A stretch of 42,844 bases of DNA from Bacteroidales bacterium. Its GTDB lineage: Bacteria; Bacteroidota; Bacteroidia; Bacteroidales; UBA1556. The stretch covers positions 19,214-62,057 of the forward strand of contig JAOZSY010000001.1 of NCBI GenBank assembly GCA_029939445.1, read 5' to 3'. Shown here in pieces: positions 28,128 to 36,796 of the stretch (position 1 is its first letter; each line of letters starts with the position of its first letter). The notes beneath the pieces are model-generated. The model was not told the origin of the DNA and did no database searches. It worked only from the letters and a program-made list of their open reading frames with translations. A program made the position numbers and the translations under genes.

Positions 28128-28152
28128 TAGCAATATTGATGATTTTTTTCAT

Positions 28153-28160
28153 TAAATTTG
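28153..28160 (+). promoter_or_regulatory. Candidate internal -7 promoter box (TAAATTTG) for the second ompH
   Basis: TAAATTTG lies 104 nt upstream of ATG 28264. Confidence 0.35.
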
Positions 28161-28263
28161 CCGACTGGTTCTAAAAATATTTTTTTTGACCACATTATTA
28201 AATTATTAATCTTGTAAGAATTATAACTAAAGTGGTCGTTATAATTTTACTTAAATTATTGAA

Positions 28264-28803
28264 ATGAAACATATTAAAATTTTAGCAGTATTAGTTGTAT
28301 TGATGTTCTCTGTATTTACTGTACAAGCTCAAAAAACAAAAGTAGGCGTAGTAAATATTGGTGAAATATTAGTGCTAATGCCAGAATATGATTCTTTGCA
28401 AGTTGCTTATAAAGCAAAATACGAAAGTATTCAAAGAGATTTGCAAATGATGGTAGCAGAGTATCAGCAGAAAGCTAAAGAGTTAGAAATGACTCGTGCT
28501 CAGAATACAAATATTATTAATAGTGCTCTAGAAGAGGGCTTAGTAGACTTGCAAAAGAGAATTGAAAGAATTCAGCAAGGAGCTCCTGCTGAGCTTGATG
28601 CTTTTGAACAAGAACAAATTAATCCTTTACTTGACCGTATTAGAACGGCTATTAAGGAAGTAGCAAAAGAAAATGGATATTCTCATATCATAAATAACTC
28701 GCAAGAGCAAGTTATTTACTTTGAAGAGTCATCTGATATTCTACCATTAGTTAAAAATAAAATGGGTTTAAAAGATAAGCCTGTACCAACTTTGGGACAG
28801 TAG
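28264..28803 (+). CDS. ompH: OmpH/Skp family periplasmic chaperone (paralog 2)
   Basis: Signal peptide, KVGVVNIGEIL start and a coiled-coil core. It is second in the tandem pair after bamA. Confidence 0.9.
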   Translation: MKHIKILAVLVVLMFSVFTVQAQKTKVGVVNIGEILVLMPEYDSLQVAYKAKYESIQRDLQMMVAEYQQKAKELEMTRAQNTNIINSALEEGLVDLQKRIERIQQGAPAELDAFEQEQINPLLDRIRTAIKEVAKENGYSHIINNSQEQVIYFEESSDILPLVKNKMGLKDKPVPTLGQ

Positions 28804-28825
28804 TACTGTAAGGAAATTATATTAA

Positions 28826-28860
28826 AAGGTTGTTTGTTAATTCAAACAGCCTTTTTTTTT
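28826..28860 (+). terminator. Rho-independent terminator ending the bamA-ompH operon
   Basis: 11-bp stem (28826..28836 aaggttgtttg pairs with 28843..28853 caaacagcctt, including one G-U pair) with a 6-nt loop, followed by a T run to 28860. Confidence 0.8.
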
Positions 28861-28998
28861 GAAGTATTTTTATTAAATTTTGTCAATCAATAAGTTGTCT
28901 ACCATCTGACTACTTCATTTAAAAATATGAGACTTTACACTAGTCTTAATTTTAGAATTTTTTCACAAAAAAAATAACTTATACGAGCGTAATAGTAT

Positions 28999-29006
28999 TA
29001 CTTTTG
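28999..29006 (+). promoter_or_regulatory. Candidate -7 promoter box (TACTTTTG) for tpiA-ruvX-def
   Basis: TACTTTTG lies 87 nt upstream of ATG 29093. Confidence 0.45.
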
Positions 29007-29092
29007 TAGTTATTGAAAGAGCATTATGTTAAGCTATTATTTCTAACTATAGAATAGAAAGTATATTATTATAACAATATAACACCCTTATT

Positions 29093-29851
29093 ATGAGATC
29101 AAAAATTGTTGCAGGTAACTGGAAAATGAATAAAAAATTTGATGAAGCAGATGAGCTTTTATATCAAATTTCTGAAGAATTAAGTAATAATCCCCTTAAG
29201 GATGTTCAGCTAGTGGTATGTCCTCCATCATTATATTTAGAACTTGCTACAGATTTTGCGGAATCTAGTGATTTAAAAATAGGAGCTCAGAATGTATCAC
29301 ATCAAAAATCTGGAGCATATACTGGTGAATTATCTGTAGAAATGTTGAATTCTGTTGATGTAGAATATTGCATTATTGGCCACAGTGAGCGTAGAAAGTA
29401 CTTTTCTGAATCATCAGAAATGTTGGCTCAAAAGGTAGATAATCTTCTGGAGTTTGGTATTGAGCCAATCTTTTGCATAGGAGAGCAACTTGATGATAGG
29501 GAAGCTGGTAATCATTTTGATTTGGTAAAAAAACAACTTTCAGAAGGTTTATTTCATTTGTCTGCTAGTGAGTTTTCTAATATTGTAGTAGCTTATGAGC
29601 CTGTATGGGCAATAGGTACTGGAGTAACTGCTAGCCCCAAGCAAGCACAAGAGATGCATGCTTTTATTAGAGGTGTTATCTCAGAGAAATATGGTAGTGA
29701 TATAGCTGAAGAAACTACAATTATTTATGGTGGAAGCTGTAATGCAAAAAATGCAAAAGAGCTATTTTCAAATAAGGATGTAGATGGTGGACTTATCGGC
29801 GGAGCTTCATTAATAGCCAAGGACTTTATTAATATTGCAAATTCATTCTAA
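29093..29851 (+). CDS. tpiA: Triose-phosphate isomerase
   Basis: AGNWKMN, IIGHSERR and the AYEPVWAIGTG motifs. Confidence 0.97.
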   Translation: MRSKIVAGNWKMNKKFDEADELLYQISEELSNNPLKDVQLVVCPPSLYLELATDFAESSDLKIGAQNVSHQKSGAYTGELSVEMLNSVDVEYCIIGHSERRKYFSESSEMLAQKVDNLLEFGIEPIFCIGEQLDDREAGNHFDLVKKQLSEGLFHLSASEFSNIVVAYEPVWAIGTGVTASPKQAQEMHAFIRGVISEKYGSDIAEETTIIYGGSCNAKNAKELFSNKDVDGGLIGGASLIAKDFINIANSF

Positions 29852-29857
29852 TATATT

Positions 29858-30268
29858 ATGGGACGTGCTTTATCAATAGATTATGGACAAAAGCGTATTG
29901 GTATTGCTGTTACTGATGAATTAAAGATAGCAGCAAATGGACTAGATACTATTCATGTGAAAGATATACATGAGTTTATAAAGAAATATGTTGCTGAAAA
30001 TGATGTTGATACTTTTGTTGTAGGCTTGCCCATAACGTTGGATAATAAACCTTCAGAATCAACTATCTTTGTGGAGAACTTTGTAGGTTGGCTTAGAAAT
30101 AAATTTCCAAATATAGAGATTGTAAGAATAGACGAAAGGTTTACTTCAAAAATGGCTTTTCAAACTATGATTGATAGTGGAATTAGTAAGAAAGCTAGGA
30201 AAAATAAAGAATTAATTGATAAAATTAGTGCAACTATTATTCTTCAATCTTATTTAAGTTCAATATAA
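29858..30268 (+). CDS. ruvX: Holliday junction resolvase-like RuvX (YqgF)
   Basis: The N-terminus ALSIDYGQKRIGIAVTD, then DERFTS and the ID..SA..ILQSYL C-terminus. Confidence 0.9.
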   Translation: MGRALSIDYGQKRIGIAVTDELKIAANGLDTIHVKDIHEFIKKYVAENDVDTFVVGLPITLDNKPSESTIFVENFVGWLRNKFPNIEIVRIDERFTSKMAFQTMIDSGISKKARKNKELIDKISATIILQSYLSSI

Positions 30269-30314
30269 TAAAACAAATGTAGAGAGTTTGCTCTGCGAAA
30301 TATATATATATATA

Positions 30315-30884
30315 ATGACATTTCCAATAGTAGCCTATGGGCACCCAAATTTACGAAAGATTGCTATTGACATAGATAAGGATTATCCAGATTTGGATAA
30401 CTTAATAGAATCTATGTTTGAGACTATGTACCAAAGTAATGGTGTTGGTCTAGCAGCACCTCAGATAAATAAATCCATTAGACTATTTACAATAGATGCA
30501 TCACCTTTTACAGAAGAAGCTCAAACAGAGATTGAATTTAAGGATGTGTTTATAAATGCTAAATTAGTTGAAGAAACTGGAGATATGTGGGCTTTTAATG
30601 AAGGGTGTTTGAGTGTGCCTGGCATTAATGAGGATATAATGCGTCTTTCTAAAATTAGAATTCAATATTATAACGCTAATTGGGAGTTTCAGGATAAAGA
30701 ATTTGATGGTGTTATAGCAAGAGTTATACAGCACGAATATGACCATCTAGAAGGTAAGTTATTTGTTGATCACCTTTCAGGACTTAGAAAAACGATGCTT
30801 AAAGGAAAACTTAACGACATATCCAAGGGAAAGGTGACTGCAGATTATAGAATGATTTTTGCAAAACAGAAGAAAAGAAGATAA
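30315..30884 (+). CDS. def: Peptide deformylase
   Basis: The three PDF motifs GVGLAAPQ, EGCLSVPG and QHEYDHLEG. I prefer ATG 30315 (MTFPIVAYGHPNLRK, the usual PDF N-terminus) over the track's in-frame TTG at 30288. Confidence 0.93.
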   Translation: MTFPIVAYGHPNLRKIAIDIDKDYPDLDNLIESMFETMYQSNGVGLAAPQINKSIRLFTIDASPFTEEAQTEIEFKDVFINAKLVEETGDMWAFNEGCLSVPGINEDIMRLSKIRIQYYNANWEFQDKEFDGVIARVIQHEYDHLEGKLFVDHLSGLRKTMLKGKLNDISKGKVTADYRMIFAKQKKRR

Positions 30885-30902
30885 AATATTAAAACTATAG
30901 AA

Positions 30903-31451
30903 ATGAACAAGATATATATTATAATTGTATTAACTATTTCTGGATTTATGTTCTCATGTGATAGCAACTTAAATACAGAGAAGACGATCTCGAAAGAATT
31001 TATAAAGGAGCAAATTGATTCTTTGAAATTAGAATTATATAAAGGTATTTCGAACCCAGCTAATGATATAACGGCTAAACTAGTTGTTAAGCAATATACG
31101 AAGTATGCTTATGCTTTTCGTAAAGATAGTATATCAAAGAATTATTTATTTGAATGCGCTCAGGTTAATGTTGGATTAGGTTTGTCTCCTGAGGCAATTG
31201 CTAATCTTGATACTATTGTTGCATGGTATCCGCAAGATGAAATTGCACCATCAGCACTACAATTTAAAGCTTTTATATTGGATGATAGAATGCATCGATG
31301 GCAAAAGGCAGCTGAAGTTCTTGATGAGCTAATAGCAAAATATCCTAATAGTGATATTGTGGAAAATGCCAAAGCGTATAAGGCAACTTTAGGAAAGCCC
31401 GCAGAACAAATAATTCAGGAAATGGCTGATAAAGAGGCTGCAAAAGAATAA
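30903..31451 (+). CDS. Hypothetical lipoprotein with TPR-like helical repeats
   Basis: Lipobox-like MNKIYIIIVLTISGFMFSC. The helical C-terminal part (PSALQFKAFILDD..KAAEVLDELIAKYPNSDIVENAKAY) resembles YbgF/TPR-type repeats. Confidence 0.7.
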   Translation: MNKIYIIIVLTISGFMFSCDSNLNTEKTISKEFIKEQIDSLKLELYKGISNPANDITAKLVVKQYTKYAYAFRKDSISKNYLFECAQVNVGLGLSPEAIANLDTIVAWYPQDEIAPSALQFKAFILDDRMHRWQKAAEVLDELIAKYPNSDIVENAKAYKATLGKPAEQIIQEMADKEAAKE

Positions 31452-31475
31452 ATAGCTGTTTTTATAGTCTTCTAG

Positions 31476-31517
31476 AAATCATCTTAATTAATTACTATTA
31501 TTTAAGATGATTTTTTT
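31476..31517 (+). terminator. Rho-independent terminator after the tpiA..lipoprotein operon
   Basis: Perfect 12-bp stem (31476..31487 aaatcatcttaa pairs with 31502..31513 ttaagatgattt), followed by a T run to 31517. Confidence 0.75.
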
Positions 31518-31585
31518 ATGTAAATGGGTTTTATTTATAAGCCTAATTTTTTTACTTTAGCCTACATAAAATTCAATAAAGAGTA

Positions 31586-32134
31586 ATGACAAAAACTGAA
31601 CAACAATTTAAGGATAATATAGAGTTATGCAGTAATATCTTTAGTAAAAAAACTAAGGATTATGGTACTGCATGGCGTATACTTCGTACTTCTAGCCTTA
31701 CCGATCAGATTTTTATAAAGGCAAATAGAATTCGTAGTATTGAAGAAAAAGGTGAACAGAAAATTAATGAAGATATACGCGATGAATTTATAGCTATTGT
31801 AAATTATTCGGTAATGGCTCTTATACAATTATATCATAAGCCAAAAGATGATGAGGATATAAAAATGCCCACAGAGCTTGTTATTGAATTATATAGTAAA
31901 TACATAATTGCGGCTAAGGATTTAATGCTTAATAAGAATCATGATTATGGTGAAGCTTGGCGAGATATGCGCATTTCATCACTTACCGATATTATTCTTA
32001 TGAAATTGCTTCGCTTAAAGCAAATAGAGGATAATAAAGGAAAAACTATAATATCTGAAGGCCCTGAAGGAAGCTATAATGATATGATTAATTATGCAAT
32101 ATTTGCACTAATAAAAATTTCTGAAGGAGAATAA
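31586..32134 (+). CDS. DUF1599 domain protein (internally duplicated)
   Basis: Two homologous halves: KDYGTAWRILRTSSLTDQIFIKANRIRSIE..IVNYSVMALIQL and HDYGEAWRDMRISSLTDIILMKLLRLKQIE..MINYAIFALIKI. This pattern matches what I recall for DUF1599. Confidence 0.75.
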   Translation: MTKTEQQFKDNIELCSNIFSKKTKDYGTAWRILRTSSLTDQIFIKANRIRSIEEKGEQKINEDIRDEFIAIVNYSVMALIQLYHKPKDDEDIKMPTELVIELYSKYIIAAKDLMLNKNHDYGEAWRDMRISSLTDIILMKLLRLKQIEDNKGKTIISEGPEGSYNDMINYAIFALIKISEGE

Positions 32135-32147
32135 TAAGATCTGAATT

Positions 32148-33395
32148 ATGAAAAATAAAATAATAAGTTGGATTTTCTTATCAATTACACTATTAGGTGC
32201 TTACGCAATTTCTATTTTTGATGGATATAATTTATTTTTCCTTTTATTTCTAATTCTAAATACTGGTTTTATAGGATATTTTGCTCCCAAAATTGATAAA
32301 ACTGTATTATCAGTAAGTAGAATATTGGTAGGTGTTTTATTTGTGTACTCAGGAATAGTGAAAGGTGTTGATCCCTTGGGGACACAATTCAAAATAGAAG
32401 ATTATTTTTATGCTTATGGCATGGATTGGGCTGCGCCTTATGCCCTAATTCTTTCTGTACTACTTAATGCTGTCGAGTTTTCAATGGGTGCTTTACTTTT
32501 ATTGCGTGTGAAAACAAAATATATTAGCGTTTTGAGCTTGATTATGATGTTGCTATTTACCATAACTACTTTATATGATGCACTATATAGTCCTGTTCCT
32601 GATTGTGGTTGTTTTGGTGATGCTCTTATCATTTCAAATTGGCAAACATTCTATAAGAACCTTATTATTAATGCATTAGTTATATTGCTTTTTGTTCGTA
32701 GAAAAGACTTCTCTGTATATAAATCTAAAGTTTTAGAGTATTCAGCTTTATTGGGAATTGTTTTTGGTTTTATATTTTTCGAGTCTTATAATATAAATAA
32801 CTTGCCAATGATTGATTTTAGATCATGGAAGGTAGATTCTAGATTATTGCCTGCTAATCCGGAGCCAATAAAGTATTACCTAACATATAAAAATAAGAAA
32901 TCTGGTGATACCAAGGAATACATAAGTAAGGAACTGCCTTGGCAGGATTCTGTTTTTATGGCTGATTGGAAGTGGCTTTCTTCAAGAGAAATAGACCCTA
33001 ATATTTCGGATATGAATACTTTTCCTATGATAGGTGAGGATGGAGCCGATCATTCTAAAGAAATTGTGAGCTACGAGGGCAATACATATATCTTTATTAT
33101 CTATAATGTTGAGAAGGTAGAAGATAAACCAGCAAAATATATTAAGAGTTTTATTGATAATGCTATGCAAGTAGGCCATAGAGTGGTGATGCTAAATAGT
33201 GATTTACCAGTAGATTACCAAAGTTTTATTAAAGAAAATAACATAGCAGATATTAAAGTTTATAATAGTGATGATACAGCACTAAAAGCTGCAATAAGAT
33301 CTAACCCAGGATTAATAGTAGTCCGCGATGGTGAAGTAGTGGCAAAGTATCATCATAATAATTTCCCGGATATTAGCAAACTAAAAAATAAATAG
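32148..33395 (+). CDS. BT_3928-like membrane protein: DoxX/MauE-type N-terminal domain plus soluble C-terminal domain
   Basis: Five or six TM helices with the MauE/DoxX-type motif PVPDCGCFGDA. A ~200-aa hydrophilic C-terminal half follows. Confidence 0.75.
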   Translation: MKNKIISWIFLSITLLGAYAISIFDGYNLFFLLFLILNTGFIGYFAPKIDKTVLSVSRILVGVLFVYSGIVKGVDPLGTQFKIEDYFYAYGMDWAAPYALILSVLLNAVEFSMGALLLLRVKTKYISVLSLIMMLLFTITTLYDALYSPVPDCGCFGDALIISNWQTFYKNLIINALVILLFVRRKDFSVYKSKVLEYSALLGIVFGFIFFESYNINNLPMIDFRSWKVDSRLLPANPEPIKYYLTYKNKKSGDTKEYISKELPWQDSVFMADWKWLSSREIDPNISDMNTFPMIGEDGADHSKEIVSYEGNTYIFIIYNVEKVEDKPAKYIKSFIDNAMQVGHRVVMLNSDLPVDYQSFIKENNIADIKVYNSDDTALKAAIRSNPGLIVVRDGEVVAKYHHNNFPDISKLKNK

Positions 33396-33399
33396 CAAA

Positions 33400-34482
33400 G
33401 TGGTATTATTTATCTTAAAACGTCTTTTTTATGGTTTCCTAGTTCTTTGGGGAGTTGTAAGTGTGGTGTTTTTATTATTTAATGTTTTGCCTGGTGATCC
33501 AGCACGAATGATGCTAGGCCAAAGGGCTGATAGTGCTTCTGTAGCTGCTATAAATCACGATTTGGGAAGAGATAAACCCTTGAGTTTACAGTATTTGAAC
33601 TATATAAATGATTTATCCATAATATCTATTCACAATACTAAAGATGCAGAGAGTTTCTGGTTTCTAAATCCTAATAAATATGGTGATACTAAACCATTTA
33701 TCACTTTTGGTGATGAAATTGGAATTGTAATTAAGAAACCTTATTTACGAAGATCGTATCAGAATTCTCGTTTAGTATCAGATATACTTTTTGAAGCTTT
33801 CCCTAAAACTGCTTTATTAGCTATTGTGGCTGTTTCTATGGCTTTAGTAATTGGGATTTTTGTAGGTACATTATCTGCAATATATAAGGATACCTGGTTC
33901 GATAAATTAGCTTTGGTATTAAGTGTTTCAGGAATGTCAATTCCAAGTTTCTTTGCTGCAATACTGTTTGCTTGGCTATTTGCTTTTGTGCTTGAAGATT
34001 ATACAGGATTGAGCATGTTTGGTAGTTTATACTCTGTTGATGATTTTGGTCGTGGCGAGTATATAAATCTTAAGAACCTTATTCTACCGGCAATTGTATT
34101 AGGTATACGCCCTCTAGCAATTGTTGTGGAACTTACTAGAAGCTCGTTATTGGAAGTTATGTCTCAAGATTATATTCGTACAGCAAAAGCAAAGGGTCTT
34201 TCTAAGTATAAGGTTTTGAGAAATCATGCCATGAAAAATGCACTTAATCCCGTAATAACTGCAATTTCTGGTTGGCTAGCATCATTAATGGCAGGAGCTG
34301 TATTTGTAGAGTTTGTTTTCGACTGGAAAGGTGTTGGCGTTGCAATTGTTGATGCACTTAATAAATATGATTTCCCTGTAGTAATGGGTGCTGTAATGTT
34401 TATTTCTGTGATTCTCGTCCTAATAAATATTCTTGTTGATATTTTATATGCTTATTTGGATCCTAGAATTAGATTGTATTAA
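33400..34482 (+). CDS. ABC transporter permease, OppB/DppB family
   Basis: GTG start. The N-terminus ILKRLFYGFLVLWGVVSVVFLLFNVLPGDPARMMLG and the EAA-loop region DYIRTAKAKGLSKYKVLRNHAMKNAL. Confidence 0.9.
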   Translation: MVLFILKRLFYGFLVLWGVVSVVFLLFNVLPGDPARMMLGQRADSASVAAINHDLGRDKPLSLQYLNYINDLSIISIHNTKDAESFWFLNPNKYGDTKPFITFGDEIGIVIKKPYLRRSYQNSRLVSDILFEAFPKTALLAIVAVSMALVIGIFVGTLSAIYKDTWFDKLALVLSVSGMSIPSFFAAILFAWLFAFVLEDYTGLSMFGSLYSVDDFGRGEYINLKNLILPAIVLGIRPLAIVVELTRSSLLEVMSQDYIRTAKAKGLSKYKVLRNHAMKNALNPVITAISGWLASLMAGAVFVEFVFDWKGVGVAIVDALNKYDFPVVMGAVMFISVILVLINILVDILYAYLDPRIRLY

Positions 34483-35009
34483 TACTTCGTCAGTTTTTTT
34501 AATAACATTCCGCCTCTGCCTCTTAAAGCAGGAGAATCTTCTTGAATAATAATTTTCAATACATCTTTCAATTCAGATTTTAATTCGGGTTCAATAATAC
34601 TAATATTGAAAATTATTTGCATAGCATGAACTCTCACTGCAAGAGCTTCTTTGGGGTTTAATAAGATTTTAAAACATATATTTACTGCTTTACCCATCTC
34701 AATTTCTTTAACATCAAATAGGAGTATTATTTTCATTATCTCACGTTTCTGACCATTATGAGTAAAGGTGTTTAATAGGTCTAACATTTGATCTAAATAG
34801 GGTCGGATATAATCCTTATTACTATTGTTCAGTAAATGAAAAAGCATCCATGCTGCGCGCCACGACTGAGGATGAACATTAGAAATGCTTATTTTCCAAA
34901 GTAAATCAATCATCTCTTGATTTACTTTATTATTCTTAATAATAGTATTAATATTATCTTTAGAAATATCGTTTATTATGAAATTTTTTATTTGTTCTTC
35001 AGCGTTCAT
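34479..35009 (-). CDS. Hypothetical helical-repeat (HEAT/ARM-like) protein
   Basis: 176-aa ORF with all-helical character and a -7 box 20 nt upstream. Its stop overlaps the permease stop within TTAA (34479..34482). No catalytic motif recognised. Confidence 0.65.
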   Translation of the reverse strand: MNAEEQIKNFIINDISKDNINTIIKNNKVNQEMIDLLWKISISNVHPQSWRAAWMLFHLLNNSNKDYIRPYLDQMLDLLNTFTHNGQKREIMKIILLFDVKEIEMGKAVNICFKILLNPKEALAVRVHAMQIIFNISIIEPELKSELKDVLKIIIQEDSPALRGRGGMLLKKLTKY

Positions 35010-35028
35010 ATTATAAATTAGATGGACT

Positions 35029-35036
35029 CAAAAATA
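35029..35036 (-). promoter_or_regulatory. Candidate -7 promoter box (TATTTTTG) for 34479..35009
   Basis: The minus strand reads TATTTTTG, 20 nt upstream of ATG 35009. Confidence 0.4.
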
Positions 35037-35062
35037 CAGATTATTAATTGAATTATTTAAAT

Positions 35063-35070
35063 TACTTTTG
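35063..35070 (+). promoter_or_regulatory. Candidate -7 promoter box (TACTTTTG) for 35123..35692
   Basis: TACTTTTG lies about 50 nt upstream of the start, in a divergent arrangement with the box at 35029..35036. Confidence 0.4.
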
Positions 35071-35122
35071 CATTTGTATTTTTTAAAATACTTATTGGTT
35101 TATAATAACAAATCCAGATTTG

Positions 35123-35692
35123 ATGGTTAGTGATTTTATACTTGGCATTTTTGCTTTTTATTTTTTTTATATGAATAGGACTCTAAATAAGAATTGGGGA
35201 TTCTTTTTCTTGTTTGTGAGTATTGCTGCTTTTGTAGGCTCTGCTTTTCATGGTGGTTTTATAGCTGCCGAATATGCTAGGTTTGTTCCATGGACTATTT
35301 TGTCGGCATCATTAATATTTGCACAATTAGCAACCTACGAAAAGGTTAATTCAAAAACACTTAATCTATTCTTTGTATTTAAGTCTGCATTATTCCTTTC
35401 ATTAGCAATTAGTTACTCAGAGTTTCTTTTTATGGTTACCGATATAGCTATTAGTTTATTAGGGTTTGTAGTAATAGGGAATTCCTTTTTTATTAAAGGT
35501 ATTTCAAATAAAATATCATTGGGAATTATAATTTCTATATCATCAGCAATTATTGTAGTATTAAAATTGAATATACATCCTGAATATTTAACAGCAAATG
35601 ATATTGGGCATTATATCTCCATTATTTCACTTTTATATATTTCAAAGGGAATAGGAGAGAGTAGCTATTATCTGAAAGCAAAACAAGCATAA
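35123..35692 (+). CDS. Hypothetical polytopic membrane protein (about 6 TM helices)
   Basis: Hydrophobic ORF. I prefer ATG 35123 to the adjacent TTG 35120. No recognisable motif. Confidence 0.7.
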   Translation: MVSDFILGIFAFYFFYMNRTLNKNWGFFFLFVSIAAFVGSAFHGGFIAAEYARFVPWTILSASLIFAQLATYEKVNSKTLNLFFVFKSALFLSLAISYSEFLFMVTDIAISLLGFVVIGNSFFIKGISNKISLGIIISISSAIIVVLKLNIHPEYLTANDIGHYISIISLLYISKGIGESSYYLKAKQA

Positions 35693-35696
35693 GAAT

Positions 35697-35742
35697 AAAA
35701 AAAAAGAGCTTATTTCAATAATGAAATAAGCTCTTTTTTTTT
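35697..35742. terminator. Bidirectional rho-independent terminator (21-bp stem)
   Basis: A9-gagcttatttca (35697..35717), loop ataa, tgaaataagctc-T9 (35722..35742). It sits between the convergent genes 35123..35692 (+) and rpoD (-). Confidence 0.85.
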
Positions 35743-35777
35743 ATTAAATAAATTTATTAAAGTCCTTCAAAGGTATT

Positions 35778-36644
35778 CTATTGTCCTAAATAAGTTTTTA
35801 ATAATTTACTTCTAGAATTATGTTTAAGTCTTCTGATAGCCTTTTCTTTAATTTGACGAACTCTTTCACGTGTAAGACCAAATTTAATTCCTATTTCATC
35901 TAGAGTCCAGCTATGACCATGGCCTATACCGTAATATAAGTTTATAACATCTCTTTCCTTTTCGCTAAGAGTACTTAATGAACGAGCAATTTCTTGCCCT
36001 AACGACTCTTTAATAAGATCAGTATCTGTATTTGGATCTTCATTATTAATCATTACATCAAGCATGCTAGATGTTTCACCTTCCATAAGGGGAGCATCTA
36101 CTGATACATGACGCGAATGCATTTTTTGTGAAGCTTTAATTTTGTAAATTGGCAAGTCCAATTCCTCAGCAAGTTCTGTAGCAGTCGGAGGGCGACCAAG
36201 TTCTTGTTCCATCTTTGCAGAAGCTTTGTTTATTCTATTTAATGAACCTACCTGATTCAAGGGAAGGCGTACAATACGAGATTGCTCAGCTAGTGCCTGC
36301 AATATTGATTGACGAATCCACCATACAGCATAAGAAATAAACTTAAATCCACGAGTTTCATCAAAACGTTTTGCAGCTTTTATTAAACCAAGATTACCTT
36401 CATTAATTAAATCAGGTAAACTTAATCCTTGATTTTGATACTGTTTAGCAACAGATACAACAAATCTAAGGTTGGCTTTAGTAAGTTTATCTAAAGCTCT
36501 TTGGTCTCCTTTTCGAATTAATTGAGCTAAGCGAACTTCCTCATCCGCAGTAATTAAGTCTTCGCGACCTATATCCTGTAGATACTTATCTAGTGAGGCT
36601 GTTTGTCGATTAGTAATCGATTTAGTTATTTTTAACTGTCTCAT
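35778..36644 (-). CDS. rpoD: RNA polymerase primary sigma factor (Bacteroidota short RpoD/SigA)
   Basis: Regions 2-4 are present: [31 protein letters not shown] and [27 protein letters not shown]. The 288-aa length without region 1.1 is typical of Bacteroidota. Confidence 0.95.
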   Translation of the reverse strand: MRQLKITKSITNRQTASLDKYLQDIGREDLITADEEVRLAQLIRKGDQRALDKLTKANLRFVVSVAKQYQNQGLSLPDLINEGNLGLIKAAKRFDETRGFKFISYAVWWIRQSILQALAEQSRIVRLPLNQVGSLNRINKASAKMEQELGRPPTATELAEELDLPIYKIKASQKMHSRHVSVDAPLMEGETSSMLDVMINNEDPNTDTDLIKESLGQEIARSLSTLSEKERDVINLYYGIGHGHSWTLDEIGIKFGLTRERVRQIKEKAIRRLKHNSRSKLLKTYLGQ

Positions 36645-36739
36645 ATATTAATATTTGTATTTACTTTTAGTAAATCTATTAACTAGTAGGTATTATATTT
36701 ATAAGCAAATAATTAGATTAATTTTCACACTCTTGTATG

Positions 36740-36747
36740 CAAATCTA
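36740..36747 (-). promoter_or_regulatory. Candidate -7 promoter box (TAGATTTG) for rpoD
   Basis: The minus strand reads TAGATTTG, 96 nt upstream of ATG 36644. Confidence 0.4.
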
Positions 36748-36796
36748 TGAAATTAAAAACTTAAATCCAAATATATTATCATTTGTATAATTAAAA

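Noticed and set aside
30301-30314. (TA)7 dinucleotide repeat immediately upstream of the def start codon, considered as a phase-variation tract
   Set aside because: It is short, lies in the 46-nt ruvX-def spacer of an essential operon, and fits the generally A/T-rich unstructured sequence upstream of start codons in this genome. Nothing suggests slippage-dependent regulation.
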